Source: Pyrodictium occultum | Lineage (GTDB): Archaea > Thermoproteota > Thermoprotei_A > Sulfolobales > Pyrodictiaceae | Direction: 5' to 3' | DNA: 32,000 bases | Assembly (NCBI RefSeq): GCF_001462395.1 | Contig: NZ_LNTB01000002.1 | Location: forward strand, 88,480-120,479 | Shown: positions 22,871 to 31,862 of the stretch, piece by piece | Layout of the letters: each line of letters starts with the position of its first letter | How positions within the stretch are numbered: the first letter of the stretch is position 1 | Program-made: the position numbers and the translations under genes | Notes under the pieces: model-generated | What the model saw: the letters and a program-made list of their open reading frames with translations, nothing else | What the model was told of the DNA's origin: nothing | Databases searched by the model: none

Positions 22871-23845
22871 CTAGAGGCCGCGGTACAGCCTTGCTATTAT
22901 CTCGGCCGCCTTCTCCGCCCCGTTGGGGTGCCTGGGGGGCTCCCGGCTCCGGGCCTCCTCCATCGCCCTGGCCAGGGCCTGGGGGGTGGGGTCCGGCAGG
23001 TAGACTGCCCCTATCTTCTCGGCGTAGGGTGGGCCGTCCCGCTGGCTCGCCGATAGCCTGAGGTGGGGCGCCGCTACGAGCACCACCGGCCTCCGGTAGG
23101 CCAGGGCCGCGGTCGCGGAGGTCATTCCGGGGAAGTGGGTCACCACTATGCTCGCGCCCGCTATCCACCTGTCCAGGTCCGGGTCGTAGCGGAAGACCCT
23201 CCAGCCGGGGTGCCTCCTGCGGTAGGGCTCCGGGTCGACCCGGCCGGTCTGCATAACCACCCTGGGCGGGGCCAGCCTGTCCACCGCGTCGAAGAGCCTG
23301 GGGTGCCCCATGGTGCCCGCTGTGACGAGTATGTACCCCTCGTCGCGCGGCGGGTAGCGTGGGGGCTCGTAGACTGGGCCGACGACGAGGGCGCCGGGGT
23401 GGATTCGGAGCTGCTCCGGCCAGTGGACCAGCGTGGCGTCGGCGAGGGGGCGGAGGAGCCTTGGGGTCCGGCCGGGCGTGGTCAGCCTCACGATGCTCTC
23501 GAGGTTCACGAGCCTCAGGCCCTTCAGCTTCGCCGCCAGCGCCGGGGCTATGCTGAGGTTGCCCCCGCAGCTGACTAGGACCCGGTGCCTCCTCTCGACC
23601 AGCCCCAGGGCCTCGGCGAGGGCGCGGGGCCAGCGGTGGATGGTCGCCGCGAGGGGCTCGCCGGGGCGCCGGGGCATGGTTATCTCGACGACCCTGCCGA
23701 GCCTGGAGAGCCTCCTCCGGGCCAGCTCGTCGCCCCTCGCGGCTATGAAGACGGGCTGGAGCCCCATCCCCCGGAGGTAGTGGGCTATCGCGGCCGCGTA
23801 GCCGCTGTGGCCGCCCGGCGCGGCGGTGAGCAGCACCTCCCCCAA
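22871..23845 (-). CDS. Alg14-like/Alg13-like fused glycosyltransferase (MurG/GT28-type; Agl24-like candidate)
   Basis: The N-terminal half has LLTAAPGGHSGYA (GGH at residues 11-13) and VNLESIVRLTTPGR (Glu116), the Alg14-type GSGGH / ES..R pattern. The C-terminal half has ILVTAGTMGHPRLFD...VVMQTGRVD...ASIVVTHFPGMTSATAALAYRRPVVLV, the Alg13/Glyco_tran_28_C pattern. Confidence 0.6.
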   Translation of the reverse strand: MGEVLLTAAPGGHSGYAAAIAHYLRGMGLQPVFIAARGDELARRRLSRLGRVVEITMPRRPGEPLAATIHRWPRALAEALGLVERRHRVLVSCGGNLSIAPALAAKLKGLRLVNLESIVRLTTPGRTPRLLRPLADATLVHWPEQLRIHPGALVVGPVYEPPRYPPRDEGYILVTAGTMGHPRLFDAVDRLAPPRVVMQTGRVDPEPYRRRHPGWRVFRYDPDLDRWIAGASIVVTHFPGMTSATAALAYRRPVVLVAAPHLRLSASQRDGPPYAEKIGAVYLPDPTPQALARAMEEARSREPPRHPNGAEKAAEIIARLYRGL

Positions 23846-23873
23846 CGCCCCCTCCCGGGCCCCCTGGGCGTGG

Positions 23874-25124
23874 CTAGAGGTCCTCGATCTGCACCACCGG
23901 CTTGCCCCTGGTGGGGCGGCCCCGGTAGCCCCAGCGAGCCACCAGCTCGGCCCAGTCGAGGGCCTCCTCCTCGCCCGCGAAGTCGCTCAGCCAGGGTATC
24001 TGGGGGTCGTACCTCCTCACCTCCAGCCCGGGGTCGAGCTGCGCCAGCTCCTCGGCCACCCGGAGCACCGGGCTGTTGGCCGGGTAGGGGGAGCCGGGCT
24101 TGAACCCGAGCCCGTAGAAGAGGATCCTCCTCGCCCCGTGGCTGCGTATCCTCTTGAGGAGGAGGGCCGCGTAGTAGAGGGGCTGGGTCTCGTTTACGTG
24201 GCGGGCTATCCTCAGCAGCAGGGAGCCGGTGTACTCCTCGAGCATGCGCGCGTCCTTGGGGAGGCAGGCGCCGCCGGCCCCGGGCCCCGGGTAGAAGGGC
24301 ATGTAGCCGAACGGCTTGGTAGAGGCGGCCTCTATAACCCTCCTGACGTCTATCCCCAGCCTGTCCAGGCTCCTCTTAAGCTCGTTGACGAAGGATATGT
24401 TTAGGAGCCGGAAAGAGTTCTCGAGGAGCTTGGACGCCTCGGCGACGCGAATATCGTCGACGGGGTGGACGGGGACGCCGAGGCAGCCGCGGTAGAGGCG
24501 GAGCGCCGCCTCCAGGCTCCGGGGCCCGACGGCCCCCACCACCCGGGGGATGTTCTCCGGGGTCCAGCGGGCCGAGCCGGGGCTCAGCCTCTCCGGGGCA
24601 TGGGCGACCAGCAGCTCCTCGTCCAGCCGGAGCCCGGTGAGGCGGGAGAGGGGCTCGGCCAGCAGCTCCACCGTGCCGCCCGGGTAGATGGTAACCTCTG
24701 AGGATACGAGGGCCCCGGGCTTGACCACGCCCGCCAGGCCCTCGGCGGCGCGGCGGAGGGGGGTGTAGTCCACCCTGCCCCCGCGGAGCGGGGTCTGGAC
24801 CGCTACTATGAACGCCTCTGCGCCCCGGGCGGCCTCGTAGCTAGTCGACGCCCTAATCCTCCCCCGGACCCGGGGCCAGTTCTCGACAACGTAGGGCTCC
24901 CTCACGTGGAGCCTCGAGGCGTCACCCGACTCTATCCTCTCAACCACCCCGGGGTCGATGTCGACCACCACAACCTCCTCCACGCCCCGGAGGGCGGCGT
25001 GGACCGCGGCGTGGAGCCCCACGAAGCCCCCGCCGATCACGGCCAGCCTTCTAGGGCAGGCGCCGGCCAAGACCCTACCAGGCCCCGTGCCCGTGGCCCC
25101 GGGGGCTGAGGGATTATTATCCAT
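23874..25124 (-). CDS. Nucleotide-sugar 6-dehydrogenase (UDP-GlcNAc/UDP-ManNAc/UDP-Glc dehydrogenase family)
   Basis: LAVIGGGFVGL (Rossmann fold), catalytic-Cys motif GGACLPKD, and the C-terminal UDP-binding-domain pattern ILFYGLGFKPG. Confidence 0.85.
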   Translation of the reverse strand: MDNNPSAPGATGTGPGRVLAGACPRRLAVIGGGFVGLHAAVHAALRGVEEVVVVDIDPGVVERIESGDASRLHVREPYVVENWPRVRGRIRASTSYEAARGAEAFIVAVQTPLRGGRVDYTPLRRAAEGLAGVVKPGALVSSEVTIYPGGTVELLAEPLSRLTGLRLDEELLVAHAPERLSPGSARWTPENIPRVVGAVGPRSLEAALRLYRGCLGVPVHPVDDIRVAEASKLLENSFRLLNISFVNELKRSLDRLGIDVRRVIEAASTKPFGYMPFYPGPGAGGACLPKDARMLEEYTGSLLLRIARHVNETQPLYYAALLLKRIRSHGARRILFYGLGFKPGSPYPANSPVLRVAEELAQLDPGLEVRRYDPQIPWLSDFAGEEEALDWAELVARWGYRGRPTRGKPVVQIEDL

Positions 25125-25158
25125 CCAGCCCCTGGCCCGCCGGAGCAGGGCCCGCTGG

Positions 25159-26226
25159 ATGGCCGTCAGGGTCGCCGTGGTCGGGGCAGGCTACATGGGG
25201 TCCGCCCACGCCCGGGTGCTCTCGAGGATCGCGCGGGAGCACCCGGGGCTTGTGGAGCTAGCCTACATAGTCGACGTCGACCGCGGCCGGGCGGGGCTGG
25301 CCGCGGCCCGGTACGGGGGCAGGCCCCTGGAGCGGGTGGGGGAGCTGCCCAGGGACTCCGTGGACCTGGCCATAGTGGCTGTGCCGACGCGCCACCACTA
25401 CAGAGTGGCCGTGGAGCTGCTGGAGCGGGGCGTGAGGGGGCTGCTCGTCGAGAAGCCGCTCGCCGCGAGCCTGGAGGAGGCGGCCAGGCTCGTGGAGGCT
25501 GTGGAGGAGGCCGGCGCCTGGGCCGCGGTGGGGCATGTGGAGCGGTTCAATCCCGCCGTCTGGGCCCTCCACCGGCTCGCCGCCCGGGGGCTGATCGGGG
25601 AGCCGCTCACCCTGGTGGCCAGGAGGGTCGGCCCCTTCGCCCCGAGGGCGGGGGACACGGACGTGGTCTACGACCTCGGGGTGCACGAGGCCGATAACGC
25701 TCTCGCCCTCGCCCTGGAGGCCCCGGTGGTGGTGCGGGCCTACACTCTTGGCAGGATAGTCTCGGGGCTGAACGACTACGCCCTCCTAGTCCTAGGCTTC
25801 ACCTGGGGCTATGCCAGCCTCGAGGTGAACAGGATAACCCCGTTCAAGCAGCGGCTCCTCTACCTCACCGGCAGCAGGGGCACGGCCACGCTGGACTACA
25901 TGGCCCAGGAGCTCCGGCTCTACACGGAGCTGGGCGAGACCCGGGTGCGGGTGGAGAAGGAGGAGCCGCTATACCTCGAGGACCTCCACGCCCTAGCCGC
26001 CCTCCAGCAGGGGAGGAGCCCCCTCGTGGACATCCACCAGGGGCTGGCGGCGATGCTGGTCTGCGCCGCCGGCCTAGAGGCGGCCGTGAGGGGCAGGGAC
26101 CTGGCCCTGGAGGAGACGAGCGCCTACCGGGACCACGGCCAGCTGCTCGCCAGGGCGCTGGAGGGCTACCGCCGGTACCGCGAGGCCGTGGAGGCTTGCA
26201 GCGGGCCCCGCGGCTGCGCGGGCTAG
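25159..26226 (+). CDS. Gfo/Idh/MocA-family NAD(P) oxidoreductase (WbpB-like sugar 3-dehydrogenase candidate)
   Basis: ATG 25159 gives MAVRVAVVGAGYMGSAHARVL. The EKP motif is in LLVEKPLAASLEEA, followed by GHVERFNPAV. The ORF-track start at 24958 overlaps the divergent dehydrogenase gene and is rejected. Confidence 0.75.
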   Translation: MAVRVAVVGAGYMGSAHARVLSRIAREHPGLVELAYIVDVDRGRAGLAAARYGGRPLERVGELPRDSVDLAIVAVPTRHHYRVAVELLERGVRGLLVEKPLAASLEEAARLVEAVEEAGAWAAVGHVERFNPAVWALHRLAARGLIGEPLTLVARRVGPFAPRAGDTDVVYDLGVHEADNALALALEAPVVVRAYTLGRIVSGLNDYALLVLGFTWGYASLEVNRITPFKQRLLYLTGSRGTATLDYMAQELRLYTELGETRVRVEKEEPLYLEDLHALAALQQGRSPLVDIHQGLAAMLVCAAGLEAAVRGRDLALEETSAYRDHGQLLARALEGYRRYREAVEACSGPRGCAG

Positions 26227-26276
26227 AAGCCCCCCGGGGGCCCGGGGAGGGGAGGCAAGGGCGGTGGCGGCACGGG

Positions 26277-27755
26277 ATGGGGGTGCTCCTCTCCACTGCG
26301 CTCCGCGTCCTCCTCTACGGGGCCGCGCTGCTCCTCAACACGGCCGCCTCCCTGGTGCTTGTCCGCCGGCTGCCCCCCGCGGGCTACGCCGCCTACCAGA
26401 CGCTCACCAAGAGGCTTAACCGCTACATCCTCCTCCCCCAGGCGCTCATCACCATGTGGGTCTACAGGTACGTGGCCGAGGGGGTGGAGGGCGCGGCCGC
26501 CGCCGGGCTGCTGGCGGCGCTCGCCACCAGCGCCCTGGGCTTCGCGGCGGGGGCGGCTGCGGCCTGGATGCTGGTGGGCGGCGGCCCCGTCGCCTTGCTC
26601 GCGGGCGCGGCTCTGGCGGCGCTGGCCCTCTGGCCCATGGCCGCCACGGTTGTGGACGCGGTTAGGCCGGTGCGCTCGGCCGCCGCCGTGTTGCTCGTCA
26701 GGCTCCTCTACAGCCTGGGCGTGGTGGCCCTCGTCTACCTGCTGGGGGCCGGGCTCCCCGGGGCCCTCCTGGCCGTCGCCGTGGCCTACGCCTCCGGCTC
26801 CCTGGCCGCCCTCCGCTGGGCCCGGGGGAGGGGGCTGGCGTGGCCGGGGCCCGCCAGGGCCCTAGGGCTGCTCCGGGAGTGGCTCCGGGCGTCCTACTCG
26901 ACCGCGCCGGGGGCCCTGGCCCAGCTCCTCTACGGGCTGGACGTGGTGCTGGGCTACCGCCTCTGGGGCCCGGGGGTCGTGGCGGGCTTCTTCGCGGCCA
27001 CCAGCCTCTTCCTCGTGGCTGGTGAGGCCTTCCTCTGGGGGTTCCGGTACCTCCACTCCTACGTGCTCACCACGGGGGACGCGGGCTCGGCGCTTAACGC
27101 TGTGAGGCTCGCGGTCTGGGCGGCGGCGCCTCTCCTGGTCTACGCGGCCCTCCACCCCCTGCACTACGTCTACCTGCTGAACCCCGGCTACAGCTGGGCC
27201 GCCGGGGCCGTCCCCCTGGCCGCTGCCGCCGGGCTACTCCTCGTGGCCGGCGACGGGCTCTCCCAGCTAGCCCTCGGCCTGATAAGGGGCTCCGCGGGGG
27301 AGGCGGCGGCCGACGTGGCCAGGCTCAACACGCGGTACCTCCTGGCCCCCGCCGTCTACCTTGCCGCGGAGGCGCTGGGCCTGGCCCTGGCCGGGGGGCG
27401 GGCCGCCGCCGTGGCGGCCTGGGCGGCTGCGCTCCTCGCCATGGCGTCCGCCAGGCTCCTGGTGCCGGCCGTGGAGGCGTACCGGAGGCTCCCGCCGGGG
27501 GAGAGGGGGAGGCTGCTGGCCGGGCTGGCCCGCATGCTCGTCCTCTACCCGGCGCTCGCGGCGCTGGCCTCCCTCCCCGCGGCGCCCCCCGGGCCGCCGG
27601 CCCCCAGGTTCTGGAGCGAGCTACGCCTCCTAGCAGCGCCCCTGGCCGAGGCCTACACACTCTACACCGCGCTGAGCATCGCCGTGGACGGGCTGGTGCG
27701 CGCCACCCTCCGCCGCGCCCTAGCCAGGCTCCCAGGGGCGCCCCGCAGGGGCTAG
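26277..27755 (+). CDS. Polytopic membrane protein, Wzx-like oligosaccharide flippase (MOP superfamily) candidate
   Basis: ATG 26277 gives MGVLLSTALRVLLYGAALLLNTAASLVLVRRLPPAGYAAYQ, the flippase-type N-terminal pattern. About 490 aa of Ala/Leu/Gly-rich hydrophobic helices follow. The family assignment is by pattern and context. Confidence 0.5.
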   Translation: MGVLLSTALRVLLYGAALLLNTAASLVLVRRLPPAGYAAYQTLTKRLNRYILLPQALITMWVYRYVAEGVEGAAAAGLLAALATSALGFAAGAAAAWMLVGGGPVALLAGAALAALALWPMAATVVDAVRPVRSAAAVLLVRLLYSLGVVALVYLLGAGLPGALLAVAVAYASGSLAALRWARGRGLAWPGPARALGLLREWLRASYSTAPGALAQLLYGLDVVLGYRLWGPGVVAGFFAATSLFLVAGEAFLWGFRYLHSYVLTTGDAGSALNAVRLAVWAAAPLLVYAALHPLHYVYLLNPGYSWAAGAVPLAAAAGLLLVAGDGLSQLALGLIRGSAGEAAADVARLNTRYLLAPAVYLAAEALGLALAGGRAAAVAAWAAALLAMASARLLVPAVEAYRRLPPGERGRLLAGLARMLVLYPALAALASLPAAPPGPPAPRFWSELRLLAAPLAEAYTLYTALSIAVDGLVRATLRRALARLPGAPRRG

Positions 27756-27880
27756 CCCCCTCTCAACACCCCGTGGCGCCCCTTCAGGGCTACGGCTGCA
27801 GCCCGGAGCCCCCGGGATGCCCCGGGGGGCTGCCGCTGCCTACCCGGCAGCCTGGAGGGCCGGCCTGGACTCCGCTGGCC

Positions 27881-28657
27881 TCACCGCCCCGGCCGCCTCC
27901 GGCCGGCCCTCCAGGCCGTCGAGTGCTCGAGTATGAAGTAGGCCGCGTCGACCAGGTCCCTGGCCACGTAGTCCGCCTCCTGCTCCACGTGGGGGTCGTG
28001 GGGGTTGACCGCTACCGCTAGGCAGGCTTCGCGCATCCCCCGCAGGTCCCAGCGGCTGTCGCCCACGAATGCCACCTCCCTCATAGTGTAGCCCAGGCGC
28101 CTTGCGAGGCTCAGCACCGCGCGGTCCTTCCTGTCGGCCTCCAGCCTCGGCTCCCCGCCGGGGACCAGGCGGCCCCAGGGGTCGAAGGCCAGGGCCGGGG
28201 AGACCCAGTGCCGTATCCCCAGCTCCCTGGCCACCCTCGCCACAGCCACGTCTACCCCGCCGCTGACCAGGGCCGCCTCTATCCCGGCCTCGCGGAGTAT
28301 GCGGACTGCCTCCCGCGCGTCCTCGCCGACCGGGATGCTCTCGAACAGCTGCTCGAGATCCCAGCGGGTTATGCCGGGCCTCGCCTCTATCCAGGCCAGC
28401 GTGTCGAGGAACATCCACTCCCAGTAGCCTATCCTGCCCTCCATGAACAGCCTGTAGTTCAGCCTGCTGGCCTCCCTGGTGCCGAGCCTCTCATGGATAT
28501 AGCCCCAGCTGCTTCTGATGGGCAGCAGCACCCCGTCGACGTCGAAGACGGCTAGCCTTATCCTGCAGCGATGCTGCTCCCCCACGCCGGGCCACCCCGG
28601 TGCCTCTCCTCGGCCTCCACCGCCTCCTGGGCCGGTAGCGGTTTTTCCCCATACCAC
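27881..28657 (-). CDS. HAD-superfamily hydrolase (HAD-IB / phosphoserine-phosphatase-like)
   Basis: Motif I is LAVFDVDGVLL (DxDG), motif II is ALVSGG, and motif IV is AFVGDSRWD (GDxxxD). The likely start is GTG 28585. Confidence 0.75.
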   Translation of the reverse strand: MVWGKTATGPGGGGGRGEAPGWPGVGEQHRCRIRLAVFDVDGVLLPIRSSWGYIHERLGTREASRLNYRLFMEGRIGYWEWMFLDTLAWIEARPGITRWDLEQLFESIPVGEDAREAVRILREAGIEAALVSGGVDVAVARVARELGIRHWVSPALAFDPWGRLVPGGEPRLEADRKDRAVLSLARRLGYTMREVAFVGDSRWDLRGMREACLAVAVNPHDPHVEQEADYVARDLVDAAYFILEHSTAWRAGRRRPGR

Positions 28658-28662
28658 TGGCT

Positions 28663-29085
28663 TTGGAGGGAACGTGGAGGCGCCGGAGCGTGCCCAGGCC
28701 GGGGGACTACATCATCTACGGGGTGGAGACTAGCACCGGGGTCAGGATGAGGATCCGGGTGGAGATAACCGGGGTGGACGAGGAGGGCTTCCTGGTGCGC
28801 GTCCGGCCGGAGGAGGTGCGGGGGCTGCGGGACCCGCTGGCCCAGCTGGTAGCCCGGGGGCTCCGGGGGGAGCAGAGGATCCCCCGCGGCAACAGGGTCG
28901 ACCTGGCCTCCTTCTTCACCCGGGGCGTGGGCCCTGGGATACTCTACACGGAGCCCGGGAGCCTCCCCGGCGGGGCAGCGGAGGAGAGCCTCAGGTTCAT
29001 GGGGGCTGTGCTCCGGGTGAGGGCCTCCTGGGACCAGGAGGCCGGCTGGCTCCGGAGCCTCGAGGCCGAGGTCCGGGGGCGCTGA
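28663..29085 (+). CDS. Hypothetical protein
   Basis: 140-aa ORF with host-like GC3-rich codon usage and no recognisable motif. The start is uncertain (TTG 28663 or GTG 28690). Confidence 0.35.
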   Translation: MEGTWRRRSVPRPGDYIIYGVETSTGVRMRIRVEITGVDEEGFLVRVRPEEVRGLRDPLAQLVARGLRGEQRIPRGNRVDLASFFTRGVGPGILYTEPGSLPGGAAEESLRFMGAVLRVRASWDQEAGWLRSLEAEVRGR

Positions 29086-29499
29086 AGCGGCCGCAGAGGC
29101 TCAGCGTCCGGCTGCTAGAGTCGAGCTTCCTGAAGCCCTAGCCCCGGGTATTGGCCCCGGCGGCCCGGTAGCTAGCACTGGGCCCCTATGGCAGCCCGTG
29201 TCTACAGCTCCACGGCCCTCGCCCCGGTCGGGCTCCCGGGGCCCCGCCGGCGGGGCAGCGGTGGCCCCCCGGGGCAGCCCCCGCTACGCCCGGCACCCGG
29301 TGGAGGCCCGGGCGGGGCTGGAGGATACGCTGGTCAAGCCCTGCAGGAGGATCCTGGAGCCCAAGGCCCCGGCCCAGGCTGGTGGGCTGCCCCCGGCTCA
29401 GCCGGGGCCGCGGCGCCCCCTGCAGGCGGAGCAGCAGGGGTAGCGGGCGGGGCAGCGCTGATACCCGGGAGCCTGGGCCACGGGCCCCGGTGGAGGGGG

Positions 29500-29751
29500 A
29501 TGGCTCGGCTCATCATACACCGGGCCAGGGGGCCCGTGCCCGTCAAGGACCGGCGCGGCGTGACCGTAGCTGCTATATGCATGTGTGGGCTCAGCAAGAA
29601 GTACCCCTTCTGTGACGGCAGCCACCTGAAGACAAGGGACGAGGAGGAGGGCAAGCTGTACATATACGACGAGGAGGGCAACCGGGTCGGCGAGGTGGGC
29701 GAGGAGGAGCTGAAGAAGCTGCTCGGAGCCGAGAGGCTGCGCAGCGTCTAG
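29500..29751 (+). CDS. CDGSH-type iron-sulfur domain protein (mitoNEET-like [2Fe-2S])
   Basis: GGAGG SD at 29492-29496 precedes ATG 29500. The signature is C-x-C-x2-S-x3-P-x-C-D-G-S-H, here CMCGLSKKYPFCDGSH. 83 aa. The longer ORF-track version (29188) adds only low-complexity Gly/Pro/Ala sequence. Confidence 0.8.
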   Translation: MARLIIHRARGPVPVKDRRGVTVAAICMCGLSKKYPFCDGSHLKTRDEEEGKLYIYDEEGNRVGEVGEEELKKLLGAERLRSV

Positions 29752-29760
29752 CAAAGGCTC

Positions 29761-31212
29761 TCAGGGCTTACCGGGTTCCCGGGTTTCCCGCCCCAGGCCC
29801 CAGGGGCGCCGCGTCCTGGGCCTGGCCTCCCCCTGGCGCGCCTCCTCTACCACTGCCTCGGCCCAGCCGCCCCAGAGGAGCCAGGCGGCGGAGGCTGCGC
29901 CCGCGGCGTAGTTGCTGGCAGCCATGCCGGCCCATAGCCCGCGCTCGCCTAGGCCCAGGTGGTAGGCTAGGAGCCAGGAGAGGGGTATGCGCAGCAGCCA
30001 AAGCCTCGCTATCCCGACCATGGATATGAAGAGGGTGTGGCCGCTCGACCTAGCCACCGCGTTGGCCAGCGCGAAGAGGTTGAAGCCTAGTATGCTGGGG
30101 GCGAACACGGCGAGCATGTCGCTGGCCACGCCCGCGACCCGGGGGTCGCTGGTGAAGACGCCTATGAAGGGCCCGCGTAGCGCCAGGAGGCCTGCTATGT
30201 AGGCCGCTGAGGCGGCCAGGCTCATAGCCGCCCCCGCCGCCACGGCGCGGCGGCTGCGCTCCCTCATGCCGGCGCCGAGGCTCTGGGCCACCACTATGCC
30301 CGTAGCCCTGGCCAGGGGCATAGCTATCATGCAGTTTATGTCCAGTATGACTTGGCCTATAGAGTAGGCTGCTATAACCGGCGTGGAGAGCCCGGATATA
30401 ACCCTGACCATGAACACGAAGCCCAGGCTCGTGGCAAGCCTCTGGGCCACGGAGGGGCCCGAGACCCTGGCTATGAGGGGGAGCAGCCTCCTCTCGGGCA
30501 CCAGGTCGCGGAGCCCCAGGCGGTAGCCGTGCCGCCCCGTGGCGAAGCTGTGGAGGGCGTAGCCAGCCGAGAGGGCGGCAGCGGCCGCGGTGGCCAGGGC
30601 CGCGCCCAGCACGCCGAGGCCGGCCCAGAATATGAGGACGGGGTCTAGCACCGCGTTGAACAGGGTGGAGGCCACGCTTACCTTCGTCGGGGTCCTCGTG
30701 TTCCCCGCCGCGCTCAGCGCGAAGGAGAAGACTAGGTAGATGTAGGTCAGGGGCACGGTGAGCATGAGGACCGCCAGGTACTTGGCAGCTAGGGGCTTCA
30801 CGTCCGGGGGCACGTGCATCGCGTCCAGGTAGAGGCCGAGGCCCAGGATGAGCAGTATGGAGGCCGGGATCCCTATCGCCAGGAGGATGCCGAGCACGCT
30901 GCCCACGGCCCGGGAGGCCCTGTCGAAGCGCCGGGCGCCGATGTACTGGCCTGCGAGCGCTGAGACCGAGCTGGCGAGGCCGAAGCCTATGCTCCCCAGT
31001 ATGCCCCGGTAGGGCCAGGAGACCGAGGGCGCTGCGAGGGCCGCGCTCCCTAGCCTGGAGAGCCAGAGGGTGTCCACGAGCTGGTAGAGCGCGTTAACGC
31101 TGCCCGAGACCATGAGGGGGGCGGCGAGCCATAGGAGGAGGCGTGGGATGCTCCGCTGGTAGAGGATGCGCTCCCGGAGCCTGGAGAGCCCGTCGCCATT
31201 CTTCTCCGCCAC
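29761..31212 (-). CDS. MATE-family transporter (MOP superfamily)
   Basis: 483 aa with ~12 hydrophobic helices. The N-terminus LLWLAAPLMVSGSVNALYQLVDTLWLSRLG...ALAGQYIGARRFDRA is typical of NorM/DinF-type MATE proteins. Confidence 0.8.
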   Translation of the reverse strand: MAEKNGDGLSRLRERILYQRSIPRLLLWLAAPLMVSGSVNALYQLVDTLWLSRLGSAALAAPSVSWPYRGILGSIGFGLASSVSALAGQYIGARRFDRASRAVGSVLGILLAIGIPASILLILGLGLYLDAMHVPPDVKPLAAKYLAVLMLTVPLTYIYLVFSFALSAAGNTRTPTKVSVASTLFNAVLDPVLIFWAGLGVLGAALATAAAAALSAGYALHSFATGRHGYRLGLRDLVPERRLLPLIARVSGPSVAQRLATSLGFVFMVRVISGLSTPVIAAYSIGQVILDINCMIAMPLARATGIVVAQSLGAGMRERSRRAVAAGAAMSLAASAAYIAGLLALRGPFIGVFTSDPRVAGVASDMLAVFAPSILGFNLFALANAVARSSGHTLFISMVGIARLWLLRIPLSWLLAYHLGLGERGLWAGMAASNYAAGAASAAWLLWGGWAEAVVEEARQGEARPRTRRPWGLGRETREPGKP

Positions 31213-31271
31213 GCCGCCTCTACCCTATGCCCGTCTCCTAGCGAGGCCCCCCATCCCCGGGGGCCGAGGTG

Positions 31272-31862
31272 CTAGCCAGGCGCGGTAGCGTTCGCAGCGG
31301 TGGAGGTGGTGTTGGAGGATGTGCTGGACTCTGTGGAGGCGTGGGAGGATATGATGCTCCTCACGAACTGGTCCACGAAGGTAGCGTTCTTGGGGAGGAG
31401 GAATATCCCCGCGGAGCCCGCGTAGAGGAGCGTCGCGTTCCGCAGCGTAGCGTTCTGCTCCACCCTGGGCAGCAGCTGGGAGGCTAGCTGGTAGACCAGG
31501 CTGCTTATCCCCTCAACACTGCTGGTGAAGAGTACTAGCACCGGCTCCCCCTTGTCGTAGAGCACCACCGACATCAGCCCGCTGCTACTATTGGCGGCCA
31601 CGGGCTCTACACGGTAGTCCTTGACTCCGAGCCTCGCCGCCACCTGCCTGGCGAGCAGCGCTGCCTGCTGCTCCATGCCCGCGGGGGCGTAGACTGTGAC
31701 GCTGTACCTGTGCCTGCGGCTGCCCACGAGGCCGAGGAGGGCGGGCGAGAACATTGCTATAAGTTCCAGGGTGAGCACTACGATGAAGACCCCGGCCAGC
31801 AGCGCTGCCACGAGCTTGCCTCTGCCCCGGCGGCGTCGACGAGCCACTCCTCCTCCACCCAA
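31272..31862 (-). CDS. N-terminally membrane-anchored extracellular protein with six N-glycosylation sequons and a Ser/Thr-rich tail
   Basis: A basic N-terminus (RRRRRGRGK) is followed by one TM helix (LVAALLAGVFIVVLTLELIAMF). The sequons are NSS, NAT, NAT, NAT, NTT and NAT. The C-terminus is SSHASTESSTSSNTTSTAANATAPG. Confidence 0.55.
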   Translation of the reverse strand: MGGGGVARRRRRGRGKLVAALLAGVFIVVLTLELIAMFSPALLGLVGSRRHRYSVTVYAPAGMEQQAALLARQVAARLGVKDYRVEPVAANSSSGLMSVVLYDKGEPVLVLFTSSVEGISSLVYQLASQLLPRVEQNATLRNATLLYAGSAGIFLLPKNATFVDQFVRSIISSHASTESSTSSNTTSTAANATAPG

